From: a virus
Length of the DNA stretch: 64,000 nt
Strand: one strand, 5' to 3'
IMG/VR virus record: IMGVR_UViG_3300044953_000102
Location: 1-64,000 of that record
Shown here: positions 21,356 to 30,727 of the stretch, piece after piece
Layout: every line of letters begins with the position of its first letter
Position numbering within the stretch: position 1 is the stretch's first letter
Program-made: the position numbers and the translations under genes
The notes under the pieces: generated by a model
The model's database searches: none
What the model was told of the DNA's origin: nothing
The model's input: only the letters and a program-made list of their open reading frames with translations

Positions 21356-21750
21356 TATTCTTTTGTTTTTCTAAATAAATTACCCTCATGGAAATATTCT
21401 TCGTAGTTAATAATCCTAATGTTATTTTGTATGTAATATTCCCCAGAAGGAACTAGTATAGCCAATGTACCACTACCACCTTCATTATTCCACCAATCTT
21501 CTATGTCATCAAGGATTTTTTCATGTGCAAAGTTTTCTATACTATTTGCAAACCCATTATTTAATTTTCTTAAATCGTTAGAATCCCAAGGTAAATTCTG
21601 AACATCCTCTATAGAAACATCTTTTTCTTCTGTATAAAGTATAGTATCTATACAACCACTATCTCCACTACCTTCATAATCTATTCTAATACCAGTAACT
21701 CCCAGATCTCCTAACTGGATCAAGGTTTGTGTTAATTCTTGTTCTGTCAT
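21355..21750 (-). CDS. DUF6878-like protein
   Basis: YEGSGDSGCI..DWWNNEGGSG. Confidence 0.65.
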   Translation of the reverse strand: MTEQELTQTLIQLGDLGVTGIRIDYEGSGDSGCIDTILYTEEKDVSIEDVQNLPWDSNDLRKLNNGFANSIENFAHEKILDDIEDWWNNEGGSGTLAILVPSGEYYIQNNIRIINYEEYFHEGNLFRKTKE

Positions 21751-21752
21751 AA

Positions 21753-21893
21753 TTATTTGATTTTTACAATTGTATAAGGTCTAGACCAACATAAGTCTAA
21801 CCATTTTTTTGCAGCAGAAATACTTTCAAATTCTCCAGTAAGTATTTCTCTTCTAATTCCATGAAGTCTTATCTTACATTTTTGTGCTTTCAT
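21753..21893 (-). CDS. Small hypothetical protein (46 aa; not in ORF track)
   Basis: MKAQKCKIRLHGIRRE...; fills the operon gap with an ATGA overlap. Confidence 0.55.
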   Translation of the reverse strand: MKAQKCKIRLHGIRREILTGEFESISAAKKWLDLCWSRPYTIVKIK

Positions 21894-22009
21894 CTTTTTT
21901 GAATTTTGGACATTATAACAAATTTACCTTTACAATAATCTAGCATTTCTTTTTTAGTCCTAAAACAAATAGGATTCTCAAACCAAGCAACCCATTTAAA
22001 ACCTTTCAT
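21890..22009 (-). CDS. Small hypothetical protein (39 aa; not in ORF track)
   Basis: MKGFKWVAWFENPICF...; ATGA overlaps on both sides. Confidence 0.55.
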   Translation of the reverse strand: MKGFKWVAWFENPICFRTKKEMLDYCKGKFVIMSKIQKR

Positions 22010-22197
22010 AATCCTGCTTTTTTAATAAAATGTTTTGCTACTTCAGGAATGTGTTTCTTGTAATAAGGTTGTTCTGATTTACACCAGTCTTTTACTTCCT
22101 GTTTAGTTCTAAATTTTTGGTACGGAAATGTTATTTCCAACTCATTGATAAAATCTTGTACAGTCCAACCTTCCCAGATGTGTCTGTCATTACTCAT
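22006..22197 (-). CDS. Hypothetical protein
   Basis: 63-aa coupled ORF. Confidence 0.7.
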   Translation of the reverse strand: MSNDRHIWEGWTVQDFINELEITFPYQKFRTKQEVKDWCKSEQPYYKKHIPEVAKHFIKKAGL

Positions 22198-22199
22198 AA

Positions 22200-22625
22200 T
22201 TATTTGAATTTGTAAAACCTACCTAAAATATTACCATTTAGGAATTCTTGTTTCTCAAGTACTTCATAGACAAACTGATGTTTAGTCTCCTGATATGTGA
22301 GCTCCATTTGTGAATAGCATATTCTAAGAATCTCTCTTTTAATAACTATTCCTGCTTTGTGAGCATCTTTAAGAACCTTATTACTACTGTAGTAATTCAT
22401 AAAGTCAGGCTTCAGTTCTCGCTTGTACTTTTTTAATCTTTTATCTGTAGACATAGCCAGTGCTTTTTTACCAAAAGGTCTTTTGATATTAGCAAAGAAG
22501 TTTTTCTTACCTACATATAAAACTGATTTTCCATCTATAATAGCAGACATTATATAAACAAAGCCTACCGCTCTATCTGGAATATGTTTATCATCAAACT
22601 CTTTACCTTGATATATCCAACTCAT
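22200..22625 (-). CDS. GIY-YIG nuclease, T4 endonuclease II-like
   Basis: W.YQG..GFVY..YVGKK..YYSS..REIL..E..NGNILGRF. Confidence 0.75.
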   Translation of the reverse strand: MSWIYQGKEFDDKHIPDRAVGFVYIMSAIIDGKSVLYVGKKNFFANIKRPFGKKALAMSTDKRLKKYKRELKPDFMNYYSSNKVLKDAHKAGIVIKREILRICYSQMELTYQETKHQFVYEVLEKQEFLNGNILGRFYKFK

Positions 22626-23605
22626 AATAATGCCTGTTTTAGTAACGGCAAAAGATTATCTCTTACTTTGTCTATACCATGTACTTTAATAGCATCTGAT
22701 AAATCTTTCTCAAGATCAAGAACAACATACTCAAAACCATACTTTGATTTATACTTCTCAGCAGCTTTTATACCAGCCTCATCATTATCAAACAACACAC
22801 ATACTTTCTGATACTTAGAACTAATGCTATTCATCATGTTCTCAGGTATCATAGTATTCTCACTGTCTGGTGCAATTGCTTCTGAATTACTAATCTTTAG
22901 TTTTTGATATGCCATTAGATCTTTAAGGGAAGATGTAATTATCAAATAAGGTTTATCAAATACTAATTGTTCTGTACCTTGTATATAATCTCTTACCTTG
23001 ATAAATTTACTTTCTTTAACCTTTGGCTGATAGATCTTATAGAGTGTCCCGTCTTCTTTAAAATACCCATAGATGTAATTACCCTTGATTGTTATACTTG
23101 ACACAACATCATTTTCATCTGTCTTTGTCATCACATAATATTGTAATGGAACAACATTATATCTAGATAATAATCTAGAACCAATGTGAAATCCCATCCA
23201 ATATTTTTGGTCAAGAGTATTCCAATGCCGCATTTCATAATCAGTAACTTTAAATTTACTGTGTTGTTTATAAGACATTATAGGATTGTAACCATTGTTT
23301 AAAACATACTGGTTATAGTCTTCAATTATCTTATAACTTGCTGCACCTCTAGTAGATAAATTAAATAGATTTTGGACCAAAGTAAGTCCATCACCACCAT
23401 TACCTGAAGAAAAATCTTTAAATCTATAGATATTATTCCTATCAATATAAATACACATAGAAGGAGTTTTTTCCCGTGTATTAAACACTGACTTCATTTT
23501 AATATCTTGACCTGTAAGTTTTTCTGTAAGATTAAGATAGTGTTCAAAGACCCATTCTCTTGGGACATCAGCTAAATCATATATTAAATTTTTTGTAGAA
23601 ATCAT
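22622..23605 (-). CDS. DNA primase (TOPRIM)
   Basis: EKTPSM..FKDFSSG; ITSSLKD; LFDNDEAG; KDLSD. Confidence 0.85.
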   Translation of the reverse strand: MISTKNLIYDLADVPREWVFEHYLNLTEKLTGQDIKMKSVFNTREKTPSMCIYIDRNNIYRFKDFSSGNGGDGLTLVQNLFNLSTRGAASYKIIEDYNQYVLNNGYNPIMSYKQHSKFKVTDYEMRHWNTLDQKYWMGFHIGSRLLSRYNVVPLQYYVMTKTDENDVVSSITIKGNYIYGYFKEDGTLYKIYQPKVKESKFIKVRDYIQGTEQLVFDKPYLIITSSLKDLMAYQKLKISNSEAIAPDSENTMIPENMMNSISSKYQKVCVLFDNDEAGIKAAEKYKSKYGFEYVVLDLEKDLSDAIKVHGIDKVRDNLLPLLKQALL

Positions 23606-23624
23606 AGCAACCCGATTTAATAAA

Positions 23625-23653
23625 TAAAGGGGAGCTAGAATAACTCCCCTTTA
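23625..23653 (-). terminator. Intrinsic terminator
   Basis: taaaggggag...ctccccttta inverted repeat. Confidence 0.6.
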
Positions 23654-23664
23654 TATAAGAGTTG

Positions 23665-24351
23665 TTAATCTAAGCTAAAGTCTGAAGACTTTTTACTTGG
23701 TGTAGAAAAATCATCTTCATCATCACCAAACTTGTCTACAGGTTTTACATCTAATTTCTTAAGATGTTTTTCTTCATCATATCTAATTACTTTCCCTTCT
23801 TCCACTTCACCAAATGCATACTTTCCATTTTCTGCTTTTGGCAACCACATATCATAATTAGTATATCCTGTTTTACCAACATATTCTTTACCAGCAATAC
23901 AGAATTCTAGATATTTATCTTTAAATGGTGCAGTTTTATTAAATGCAGCTATGAAATTTTCAATAGTTTCATGCTTATTATGTTGAGCTTGCATCCACTC
24001 ATTGATACCCAAAGTTTTACAGAAATTCTGTAAAAAGATCAAGATTGATCTATCTCTTTGAATTTTAATACCAGATTTAGTCTCACCATCTGCAAATGCA
24101 TACTGTGATGCTTTTACTCTACCAATCTGACCTGCATAATGACCCTTTTCAGGATTATCTTTATCAATTGCAAAACCTTCAAAACCATCAATAGGTTCAG
24201 TTTCTACGTGCAAAATCAAATGGTATGCACCACCTATAAATTTGAAATCTTCTAACTCAAGGCTATTAATTTTTAATATCTTGTTACCCGGATTAATTGT
24301 TTTTGGTAGACTACTACTTCCTCCACCAAGATCTTCTGTACTTAAAGCCAT
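23665..24351 (-). CDS. Putative single-stranded DNA-binding protein
   Basis: Lies between the Sak4-like ATPase and primase; acidic tail ending DFSLD. Confidence 0.55.
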   Translation of the reverse strand: MALSTEDLGGGSSSLPKTINPGNKILKINSLELEDFKFIGGAYHLILHVETEPIDGFEGFAIDKDNPEKGHYAGQIGRVKASQYAFADGETKSGIKIQRDRSILIFLQNFCKTLGINEWMQAQHNKHETIENFIAAFNKTAPFKDKYLEFCIAGKEYVGKTGYTNYDMWLPKAENGKYAFGEVEEGKVIRYDEEKHLKKLDVKPVDKFGDDEDDFSTPSKKSSDFSLD

Positions 24352-24372
24352 TTTACTTTACTTTTTAAATTA

Positions 24373-25092
24373 TTAAACAAAAACTTTTTCCCATGATGTC
24401 TTTAGAACACCATCAATCATCTCAGAAATTACTATTTCTTCGTTACGTAAATGCTCTGGTCTTGCACCACAAGTAACTTCTTCATTTGTCTTGAAAGACA
24501 AAATAGTTTGATTACCCTTTCTGTACATGTACCCAATAGCATCTGCATTTGCACAAATTAAAGATTTTATTTTACCCGTTAAATCAATGTTTGCAGACAT
24601 AACCATTTCACCTTTATCATCTACCACTTTGTCTTTAATGTGACCTGATAGAATAATAGTGGGAGCTAAGGTATCAATAAAATCTAAAACTTGAAAGAAT
24701 GCTTGCCGAATATATAAATATCCAGCACCATTTGGTAAAGTTGTTACATTGTCTCCATCATAGTTTTTACCCATTGGGGTTTGTCTGTACAACTTTATTG
24801 CTAACGGCATAATCATATCTTCTAATGCAGTAACAGTATCAATAGTAATATACTTATATGGATTACCAGCTGCTTTAATTGCTTTGCCAGTATCCAATAA
24901 CTCTTGTAAACTACTTACTTTTACTTTAAGAGCTTCTACATAATCAGCACCATTTTCTAAATCAATAATCAGATTGTCTTCTAATCCTGCATATGCAGTT
25001 GTTTTACCAGTCTTTGGCTTTGAATAAATCACAATTCTTTTTGGATTAACTCTTTCTGCCTTAACTTTTTTAGTTGGAAGTACTATACTCAT
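24373..25092 (-). CDS. AAA_24 / Sak4-like ATPase
   Basis: YSKPKTGKTT, IIDLENG, ITIDTVT, ADAIGY. Confidence 0.8.
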   Translation of the reverse strand: MSIVLPTKKVKAERVNPKRIVIYSKPKTGKTTAYAGLEDNLIIDLENGADYVEALKVKVSSLQELLDTGKAIKAAGNPYKYITIDTVTALEDMIMPLAIKLYRQTPMGKNYDGDNVTTLPNGAGYLYIRQAFFQVLDFIDTLAPTIILSGHIKDKVVDDKGEMVMSANIDLTGKIKSLICANADAIGYMYRKGNQTILSFKTNEEVTCGARPEHLRNEEIVISEMIDGVLKTSWEKVFV

Positions 25093-25093
25093 A

Positions 25094-25693
25094 TTATTTA
25101 CTTTTTAAAGCTGTTGCAAGTTTTTTAAAGTTCTCTGCAATCTCTAATAAAATTTCAGATACTTCATTACTTGTTTCATTAGTTTTAGGAGCAAACTGCT
25201 CTTCAAAATCAGGAAAGATACTTAGTGTACTTTGTAGCTGTGGAATTTCTAAAGCTGCTTCTTCTTTTCTTTTCTCATAAAGAGCATAACTAATTTCTTG
25301 CCCATTAGAAAGAACTGCTACCATTTCATTTACAGGTATAAGGTATTTTCTATCAATTTTACCGTCTGGATCAACTGTCTCAGTAACATCATATTCTTCA
25401 TGAAAATATGGATTATACTTTAGTTTAAACAATTGACGTTCTGCTAACATAGGTTCTATTCCAGTACTTCTACCATCATTGTCATATGTGTTTTCGTAAA
25501 ACTCAATATAGATATCTTCACCTTTCTTTAATTCCCACTCAAAAAATTGTGATTGTCTACCAAACTTACCTTTTTTATAAAAAGCAGTTTTGATTGCAAA
25601 GAACGGATCAGCAAGTCCAATTGCTTTAAAGGTATTCATATGATCCATATAGAATTCCCTCTCTTTTTCTTTTCTTAGATTGTTGTTATTCAT
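25094..25693 (-). CDS. Hypothetical protein
   Basis: 199-aa ORF in replication operon. Confidence 0.75.
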   Translation of the reverse strand: MNNNNLRKEKEREFYMDHMNTFKAIGLADPFFAIKTAFYKKGKFGRQSQFFEWELKKGEDIYIEFYENTYDNDGRSTGIEPMLAERQLFKLKYNPYFHEEYDVTETVDPDGKIDRKYLIPVNEMVAVLSNGQEISYALYEKRKEEAALEIPQLQSTLSIFPDFEEQFAPKTNETSNEVSEILLEIAENFKKLATALKSK

Positions 25694-25698
25694 ATTAA

Positions 25699-26706
25699 TT
25701 AATTTACTTGGATTTTCTGTGCAACTTCTCTGGCTGGAGATTGCATCTCTACTATTCTCATAATAGTTCTGTCTAGTTTAAAGAAACTAATTCTTGTAAG
25801 ACCATTTCTAGATTTTAAGAAATGGAAAACCAATGTTTCAGGATCTTCAATCAAAAACTTTTCTGGACCATATTTATTTATTTTTCTTGTAGCAGGTTTA
25901 TTAATACCAATTACTACATCAGCATGTTGTAATAATGCATCAGAACCATAAATATCAGAATCAAGAACATAATTTCCATATGTACCTTCTACCTGTCTTT
26001 TAGTATCATCTATATTTCTATTTAATTGACTTAGAATTACAAAAGCTACAGGATAGTTTTTCTTCATATAAGTTAATGCTTCACCAAGAGCACTTAACAT
26101 TTCAAATTTGTCCTTTTGTCCAGTATCATTCTTAAATAATGCTGAGTGATCTATAGTAATAAGCATGTTTCTGTATTTCCCATCTTCTCTTTTGTACTTT
26201 TCAAATTCATGATGAATTGTAGCACACATCTCTTTCACAGTACAGGTATCATAAACTACATTTACTAAATCACTACCAGCACTTTCATGATAATATTCAA
26301 CACATTTTTCAAATATCTTTCTGTCCACAAGTTTACCACCCTTACTCATTAATGTGTTATAATCAGCACCTGTAATCATACCAAATCTTCTTATGGCACT
26401 TGTTTCATCAACCATTTCCATTTGAAACTTTAAAACTCTAAAGTCTTGATCTGGATTTTTTTCAATGATGTCAGAAACCAGCTGTTCCGCAAAAAGGGTC
26501 TTACCTATTCCAGGTCTTGCACCAATTACTGTAATTGTTTTCCATTCTAGACCATCACAAAAAGCATCATTAAATTTTGGCCAAGCACTGATAAGAAATG
26601 GTATCTTACCTTCTCTTCTTGCCTTCATTTTAATTAAACCTTTTTCAAGACCATCTCTTTCACTAACTGGTAGTAATGGTCGTGCACCATCAAATAACTT
26701 CCCCAT
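25699..26706 (-). CDS. dnaB: DnaB-like replicative helicase
   Basis: GARPGIGKT, ITIDH, LSQLNR, SD..GSDALLQHADVV, KSRNG. Confidence 0.9.
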   Translation of the reverse strand: MGKLFDGARPLLPVSERDGLEKGLIKMKARREGKIPFLISAWPKFNDAFCDGLEWKTITVIGARPGIGKTLFAEQLVSDIIEKNPDQDFRVLKFQMEMVDETSAIRRFGMITGADYNTLMSKGGKLVDRKIFEKCVEYYHESAGSDLVNVVYDTCTVKEMCATIHHEFEKYKREDGKYRNMLITIDHSALFKNDTGQKDKFEMLSALGEALTYMKKNYPVAFVILSQLNRNIDDTKRQVEGTYGNYVLDSDIYGSDALLQHADVVIGINKPATRKINKYGPEKFLIEDPETLVFHFLKSRNGLTRISFFKLDRTIMRIVEMQSPAREVAQKIQVN

Positions 26707-26722
26707 AGATTTTTACTTTTAA

Positions 26723-27310
26723 TTATACAATAAGATCAGGAAACAAAACTACATCATCATCTGGATTATCTTTTAAGAATTCACAGTAGGTTGCTAAATC
26801 TGAATCCCAACTTTTGTCTACATTTTGCTTTCTCAAAAAGTATTGAGCAGTTCTCATGTATTCATAGTTTTTAGATTCATATTCTAAAACATATTTTTGT
26901 GTTGCTGCAAATATAGTTTCCCAACTATAATCATACATTTCAAAGAACCATCTAAATGCATTCTCAAGATTCTTAGCAGGCACTCTTGCATATTTTCCAG
27001 AAGATAGTTTCTTATTAGGAAATATAGTTACATATGCCTCTATGTTTTGCATAAAATTATGACCCATTAAATCTTTAGATGTTTTCTTCTTTGACTTCTT
27101 AAAATATCCTTCAATCTCCGTAGTAAAGATAATGCTTTTATCTGTTAATGTCAAGTCCTCATTCAACCAATTTTCAGAAATTAATCTTCTAATTTCTAAA
27201 TCTTTATTTACAAAAGAACAAGGAATTATACTATTTTTTATACAGTGTAATATGTAATAACTATTTGGAGTTATATTCTCCCTAACTAATTTTAGAAATA
27301 TATCTTCCAT
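26723..27310 (-). CDS. Hypothetical protein, possible replication initiator/helicase loader
   Basis: Immediately upstream of dnaB; start taken at MEDIFLK. Confidence 0.6.
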   Translation of the reverse strand: MEDIFLKLVRENITPNSYYILHCIKNSIIPCSFVNKDLEIRRLISENWLNEDLTLTDKSIIFTTEIEGYFKKSKKKTSKDLMGHNFMQNIEAYVTIFPNKKLSSGKYARVPAKNLENAFRWFFEMYDYSWETIFAATQKYVLEYESKNYEYMRTAQYFLRKQNVDKSWDSDLATYCEFLKDNPDDDVVLFPDLIV

Positions 27311-27311
27311 A

Positions 27312-28013
27312 CTACCAATGTATTGTATTACCACTAGATTCTTTTACTAGATGATGTATCTTAGTAAATATATCATTACTATCCCATTTAGAGCCATTAT
27401 AAGCAGCAGAAGCAGGATGTTTAACAAAAAACTTATGGTTATTATCCCCAGTAAGTTCAGACCATTCTTCAGCTTTTTTACCCATGTACACATATACTAA
27501 TCCTGTATTATAATTATTTAACCAATCCAATAAATAAGCAGTAAATGGTTTCCATATATCATAATGACTACCAATTTTATCCACCTCAACTGTAAGAGCT
27601 GTATTTAACATTAATACACCTTGATTAGACCATCTAGCTAAGTCCAGAGGTCTATCATAAAAAGGATACATTTTCTGAGCTTCATCTAGAATAAATCTTA
27701 AAGAAGGTTGTTCTTTTTTAGTATTACTACAACTAAAAGCAATACCATCGGCAACTCCTAATTGTGGATATGGATCTTGACCAATCATTACAACTTGTAA
27801 TTTGTCATATGGGCATTCTTCAAATGCTCTAAATACTTGTTTTAATGGTGGAGTAAATCTTTTACCTTCCGTACTTAATTTATAAAGTTTATTTAAAATG
27901 TCAGTAAACTCATAACTAAATATAAAAGATTTAAAAATTCTACCCCAACCACTAGGTTCAAGTTTATCAAACAATTTTTGTTTAATTTCTTCAATTTCAG
28001 GTTCTATTTTCAT
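27312..28013 (-). CDS. ung: Uracil-DNA glycosylase (family 1)
   Basis: GQDPY, ADGIAFS, QGVLMLNTALTV, HPAS. Confidence 0.93.
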   Translation of the reverse strand: MKIEPEIEEIKQKLFDKLEPSGWGRIFKSFIFSYEFTDILNKLYKLSTEGKRFTPPLKQVFRAFEECPYDKLQVVMIGQDPYPQLGVADGIAFSCSNTKKEQPSLRFILDEAQKMYPFYDRPLDLARWSNQGVLMLNTALTVEVDKIGSHYDIWKPFTAYLLDWLNNYNTGLVYVYMGKKAEEWSELTGDNNHKFFVKHPASAAYNGSKWDSNDIFTKIHHLVKESSGNTIHW

Positions 28014-28046
28014 TTTTTTTCTTATTTTTGATACAAAATTAAAATC

Positions 28047-28364
28047 ATGATAAAAGCAAAAGAATTAAAAGACGATGCAATTTTAGACATCAAAGTCAAC
28101 AAAAGTTATTACTTAATGGCTAAAGCTGCTTCTTTCACAATATTGCAACAGATGAATGTTGTAGAAAAAGGAGAAGAGTATTTTAAGTCAATAATGACTC
28201 AAAAATACGAAGACCTTGATGATCTTCAAAGAGCTTTTTATACTATTCTTCTTCTTCTTGCTGAAATAGAAAAAAGAGCAACTGATGAAAATCTTTATAA
28301 TGAAAAAGAAATTCTAGAACCTGGGGATGAAGGTTATGTAGAACCTACCCCAGATTCAAATTAA
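28047..28364 (+). CDS. Hypothetical protein
   Basis: 105-aa + strand ORF preceded by TATTTTTG. Confidence 0.7.
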   Translation: MIKAKELKDDAILDIKVNKSYYLMAKAASFTILQQMNVVEKGEEYFKSIMTQKYEDLDDLQRAFYTILLLLAEIEKRATDENLYNEKEILEPGDEGYVEPTPDSN

Positions 28365-28722
28365 ATTGCTCTCTTCCTAGTTCAATAGCAGATTCTATTG
28401 CCATTGCTAATTCATCTTTACTACAATCTTTAAAAGACTTACAGTATTCAGCACCACCTCCGTCATAACACAGACCAGAGTGCTTTTTAACTATAAATTT
28501 CATTTCTTCAAATGTATAGCCAGATTTCTTGGCTAATTCTCTAATACAGGCATGTACTTTAGCTAATTGTGCTAAACTACCTGAATCTAAAGTAAGTCCC
28601 ATAAACACTTCAACTTCCTGACCTTCTTCAAGTTTATCAAGAAATAATTGATAAGAAATCTTTGTGTTTTCATTAATATGAACTAACTTTCCATTAGTTT
28701 TTGTAAGTTTGAAACTAAACAT
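28345..28722 (-). CDS. Hypothetical protein, NinB-like
   Basis: SLAQLAKVHA..ELA..GYTFEEMK..KSF..CSKDEL. Confidence 0.5.
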   Translation of the reverse strand: MFSFKLTKTNGKLVHINENTKISYQLFLDKLEEGQEVEVFMGLTLDSGSLAQLAKVHACIRELAKKSGYTFEEMKFIVKKHSGLCYDGGGAEYCKSFKDCSKDELAMAIESAIELGREQFNLNLG

Positions 28723-28736
28723 ACGGCATTTTTTAT

Positions 28737-28750
28737 TATATTATTATGTA
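28737..28750 (+). promoter_or_regulatory. Phage promoter-like motif TATATTATTATGTA
   Basis: Identical 14-mer at 41782; ends 3 nt before the ATG at 28754. Confidence 0.55.
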
Positions 28751-28753
28751 CTT

Positions 28754-29779
28754 ATGACTGAAAAATCTCATAACTCTTTCAAATCAAATACTAAAATTAT
28801 TTTAGAATATCTTGAAAAGTTTCCAAATTCTCCTACTAAAACTCTAGCTCGTAAAATATATCAAGAAAATCAAGCATTCTTTGAAACTTTTGATATTGTT
28901 TATGATAGAATAAGATATTATAGAGGTCAATCAGGAAGTAAGTCAAGAAAAAAAACAGCTAATAAAAAATTTCAACAAGAACTTAAAGTTAAAGTTATGA
29001 ATAATTTTGTATCATTACCCTCTTCTCTTACACAAAAAAGAGGAACATTTACATTTCCTGCAGGCTGTAAGAAGTTAGGTGTTATTGGTGACTTACACAT
29101 TCCCTATCATGATGAAGATGCAATAGAAACTGCATGTGACAGAATAGAATTAGAAGGTGTAGACAGCATCCTAATTAATGGAGACTTACTTGACTTTTAT
29201 CAACTTTCTTTTCATGAAAAAGATCCTAGAAAAGTTCATTTTAAAGATGAAATAGAATCAGGCAAACAGTTTTTTGAATACATCCGTTCTAGATTTCCAA
29301 ATATTCCTATTTATTTTATACCAGGTAATCATGAAAACAGGTTTGAAAGATATCTTAAAATAAAAGCATCTGAGTTACTTGATATGGATGAATTTAGACT
29401 AGATGTAATCCTACATGTTGCAGAATACAAAATAGAATATATTCCATTTAGAACTAAAGTTATTTTTGGTGATTTTATTATAGAGCATGGTGATAAAATT
29501 CCTGGCTCAGGTGGTGTAGTACCAGCTAGAACTGCTTTAATGAAGCTTAAAACTAATTGTATTGTTAATCACTTTCACAAAAGCTCCCAAAGCTCACAAA
29601 GAGTTTACGGGACTAGTGATTCTACAACTATACGTGCTTATAGCCTTGGATGTCTATGTGAACTAGCACCAGACTACATGGAGATAAATGAATGGAATCA
29701 TGGGTTTGCAATACTAACTAAACAAGATGATAAAGTATCTGTTTCTAATTACAAAATAGAAAATAACACGATAGTATAA
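28754..29779 (+). CDS. Calcineurin-like metallophosphoesterase with N-terminal extension
   Basis: GDLH, NGDLLD, GNHE, HG, HFH motifs. Confidence 0.88.
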   Translation: MTEKSHNSFKSNTKIILEYLEKFPNSPTKTLARKIYQENQAFFETFDIVYDRIRYYRGQSGSKSRKKTANKKFQQELKVKVMNNFVSLPSSLTQKRGTFTFPAGCKKLGVIGDLHIPYHDEDAIETACDRIELEGVDSILINGDLLDFYQLSFHEKDPRKVHFKDEIESGKQFFEYIRSRFPNIPIYFIPGNHENRFERYLKIKASELLDMDEFRLDVILHVAEYKIEYIPFRTKVIFGDFIIEHGDKIPGSGGVVPARTALMKLKTNCIVNHFHKSSQSSQRVYGTSDSTTIRAYSLGCLCELAPDYMEINEWNHGFAILTKQDDKVSVSNYKIENNTIV

Positions 29780-30096
29780 TGTTTTTACCAATTACATTTA
29801 AAGACAAAGACGGAGAATATATTGAATACATTAATATTACTCATATTACAAGAACTTCATTTGTAAATCTTATGAATGTTGATGCAGGTAGTAAAGTACA
29901 TTTAAGAACGGGAGAAGTTTTAACAACTCCCGTACCTATGGATATATTACAAACTGAAATAGATGAGTGTTATAAATCTGCTGCAGCAATGATTATGTTT
30001 AATATACTTGCTGAAAAAGCTCAACTTAAAAAATTTACTGGTGGTGTTGATTTAGATAACCCTGAACCTTTGCAATCTGAAAAAGTTGAAGAATAG
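29779..30096 (+). CDS. Hypothetical protein
   Basis: Coupled to the phosphoesterase gene by a TAATG overlap. Confidence 0.7.
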   Translation: MFLPITFKDKDGEYIEYINITHITRTSFVNLMNVDAGSKVHLRTGEVLTTPVPMDILQTEIDECYKSAAAMIMFNILAEKAQLKKFTGGVDLDNPEPLQSEKVEE

Positions 30097-30301
30097 CTTC
30101 TTTTTCTAAAGGTAATTTAACATCCCAATCTGGATTATATACTAACCATTCGTCTGAACTTTCATCATCACAAGATGTGTGTAATGATAAACCTGGCATA
30201 AGATCTATTATATAATAATAGTAATCATAACCATTTTGACTTTCAGAGTTTAAAACTTCTACTTTTTCAAAACCCATATTAATTATTTCTTGTTCTGTCA
30301 T
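30035..30301 (-). CDS. Hypothetical protein
   Basis: 88-aa ORF with ATGA overlap. Confidence 0.65.
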   Translation of the reverse strand: MTEQEIINMGFEKVEVLNSESQNGYDYYYYIIDLMPGLSLHTSCDDESSDEWLVYNPDWDVKLPLEKEAILQLFQIAKVQGYLNQHHQ

Positions 30302-30708
30302 TTTTCTATCATTGTTTCCATGAATACTGTATGGTTAAGAATCTCAAAACTATATTTTTGCTTTACTTCAATATAATTAGTATTTTCTTTAGAATAAACA
30401 CCTTTTTCTTTAATTCTTAAATCTCTTAAGTTTTTAAGAGTTAATGTTGCTATATGAAGATTATCTTTATCATCTGACTTCATCATTTTTACAACATTTT
30501 GCACCTCTGTTTCTGTTAAATATTCAAATTTTTTAAGTAACATTAACTCAGCCATATATATAAAGGGTCGGAAATCATCCTTTTTAGTACCCTTATAATA
30601 CATATACCATAGATAGTTTAGATTATTATCATAACCATCTGTTAAATTATAATGCTCTTCAGATATTGCTGCTACTAAATCTTTTATTTCTTTCATTAGC
30701 TCTTTCAT
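30298..30708 (-). CDS. Hypothetical protein
   Basis: Start moved to MKELMKEIK to avoid a large overlap with the radical SAM gene; carries MMKSDDKDN motif. Confidence 0.65.
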   Translation of the reverse strand: MKELMKEIKDLVAAISEEHYNLTDGYDNNLNYLWYMYYKGTKKDDFRPFIYMAELMLLKKFEYLTETEVQNVVKMMKSDDKDNLHIATLTLKNLRDLRIKEKGVYSKENTNYIEVKQKYSFEILNHTVFMETMIEK

Positions 30709-30727
30709 TTTGTTAAATGTCTCTACA

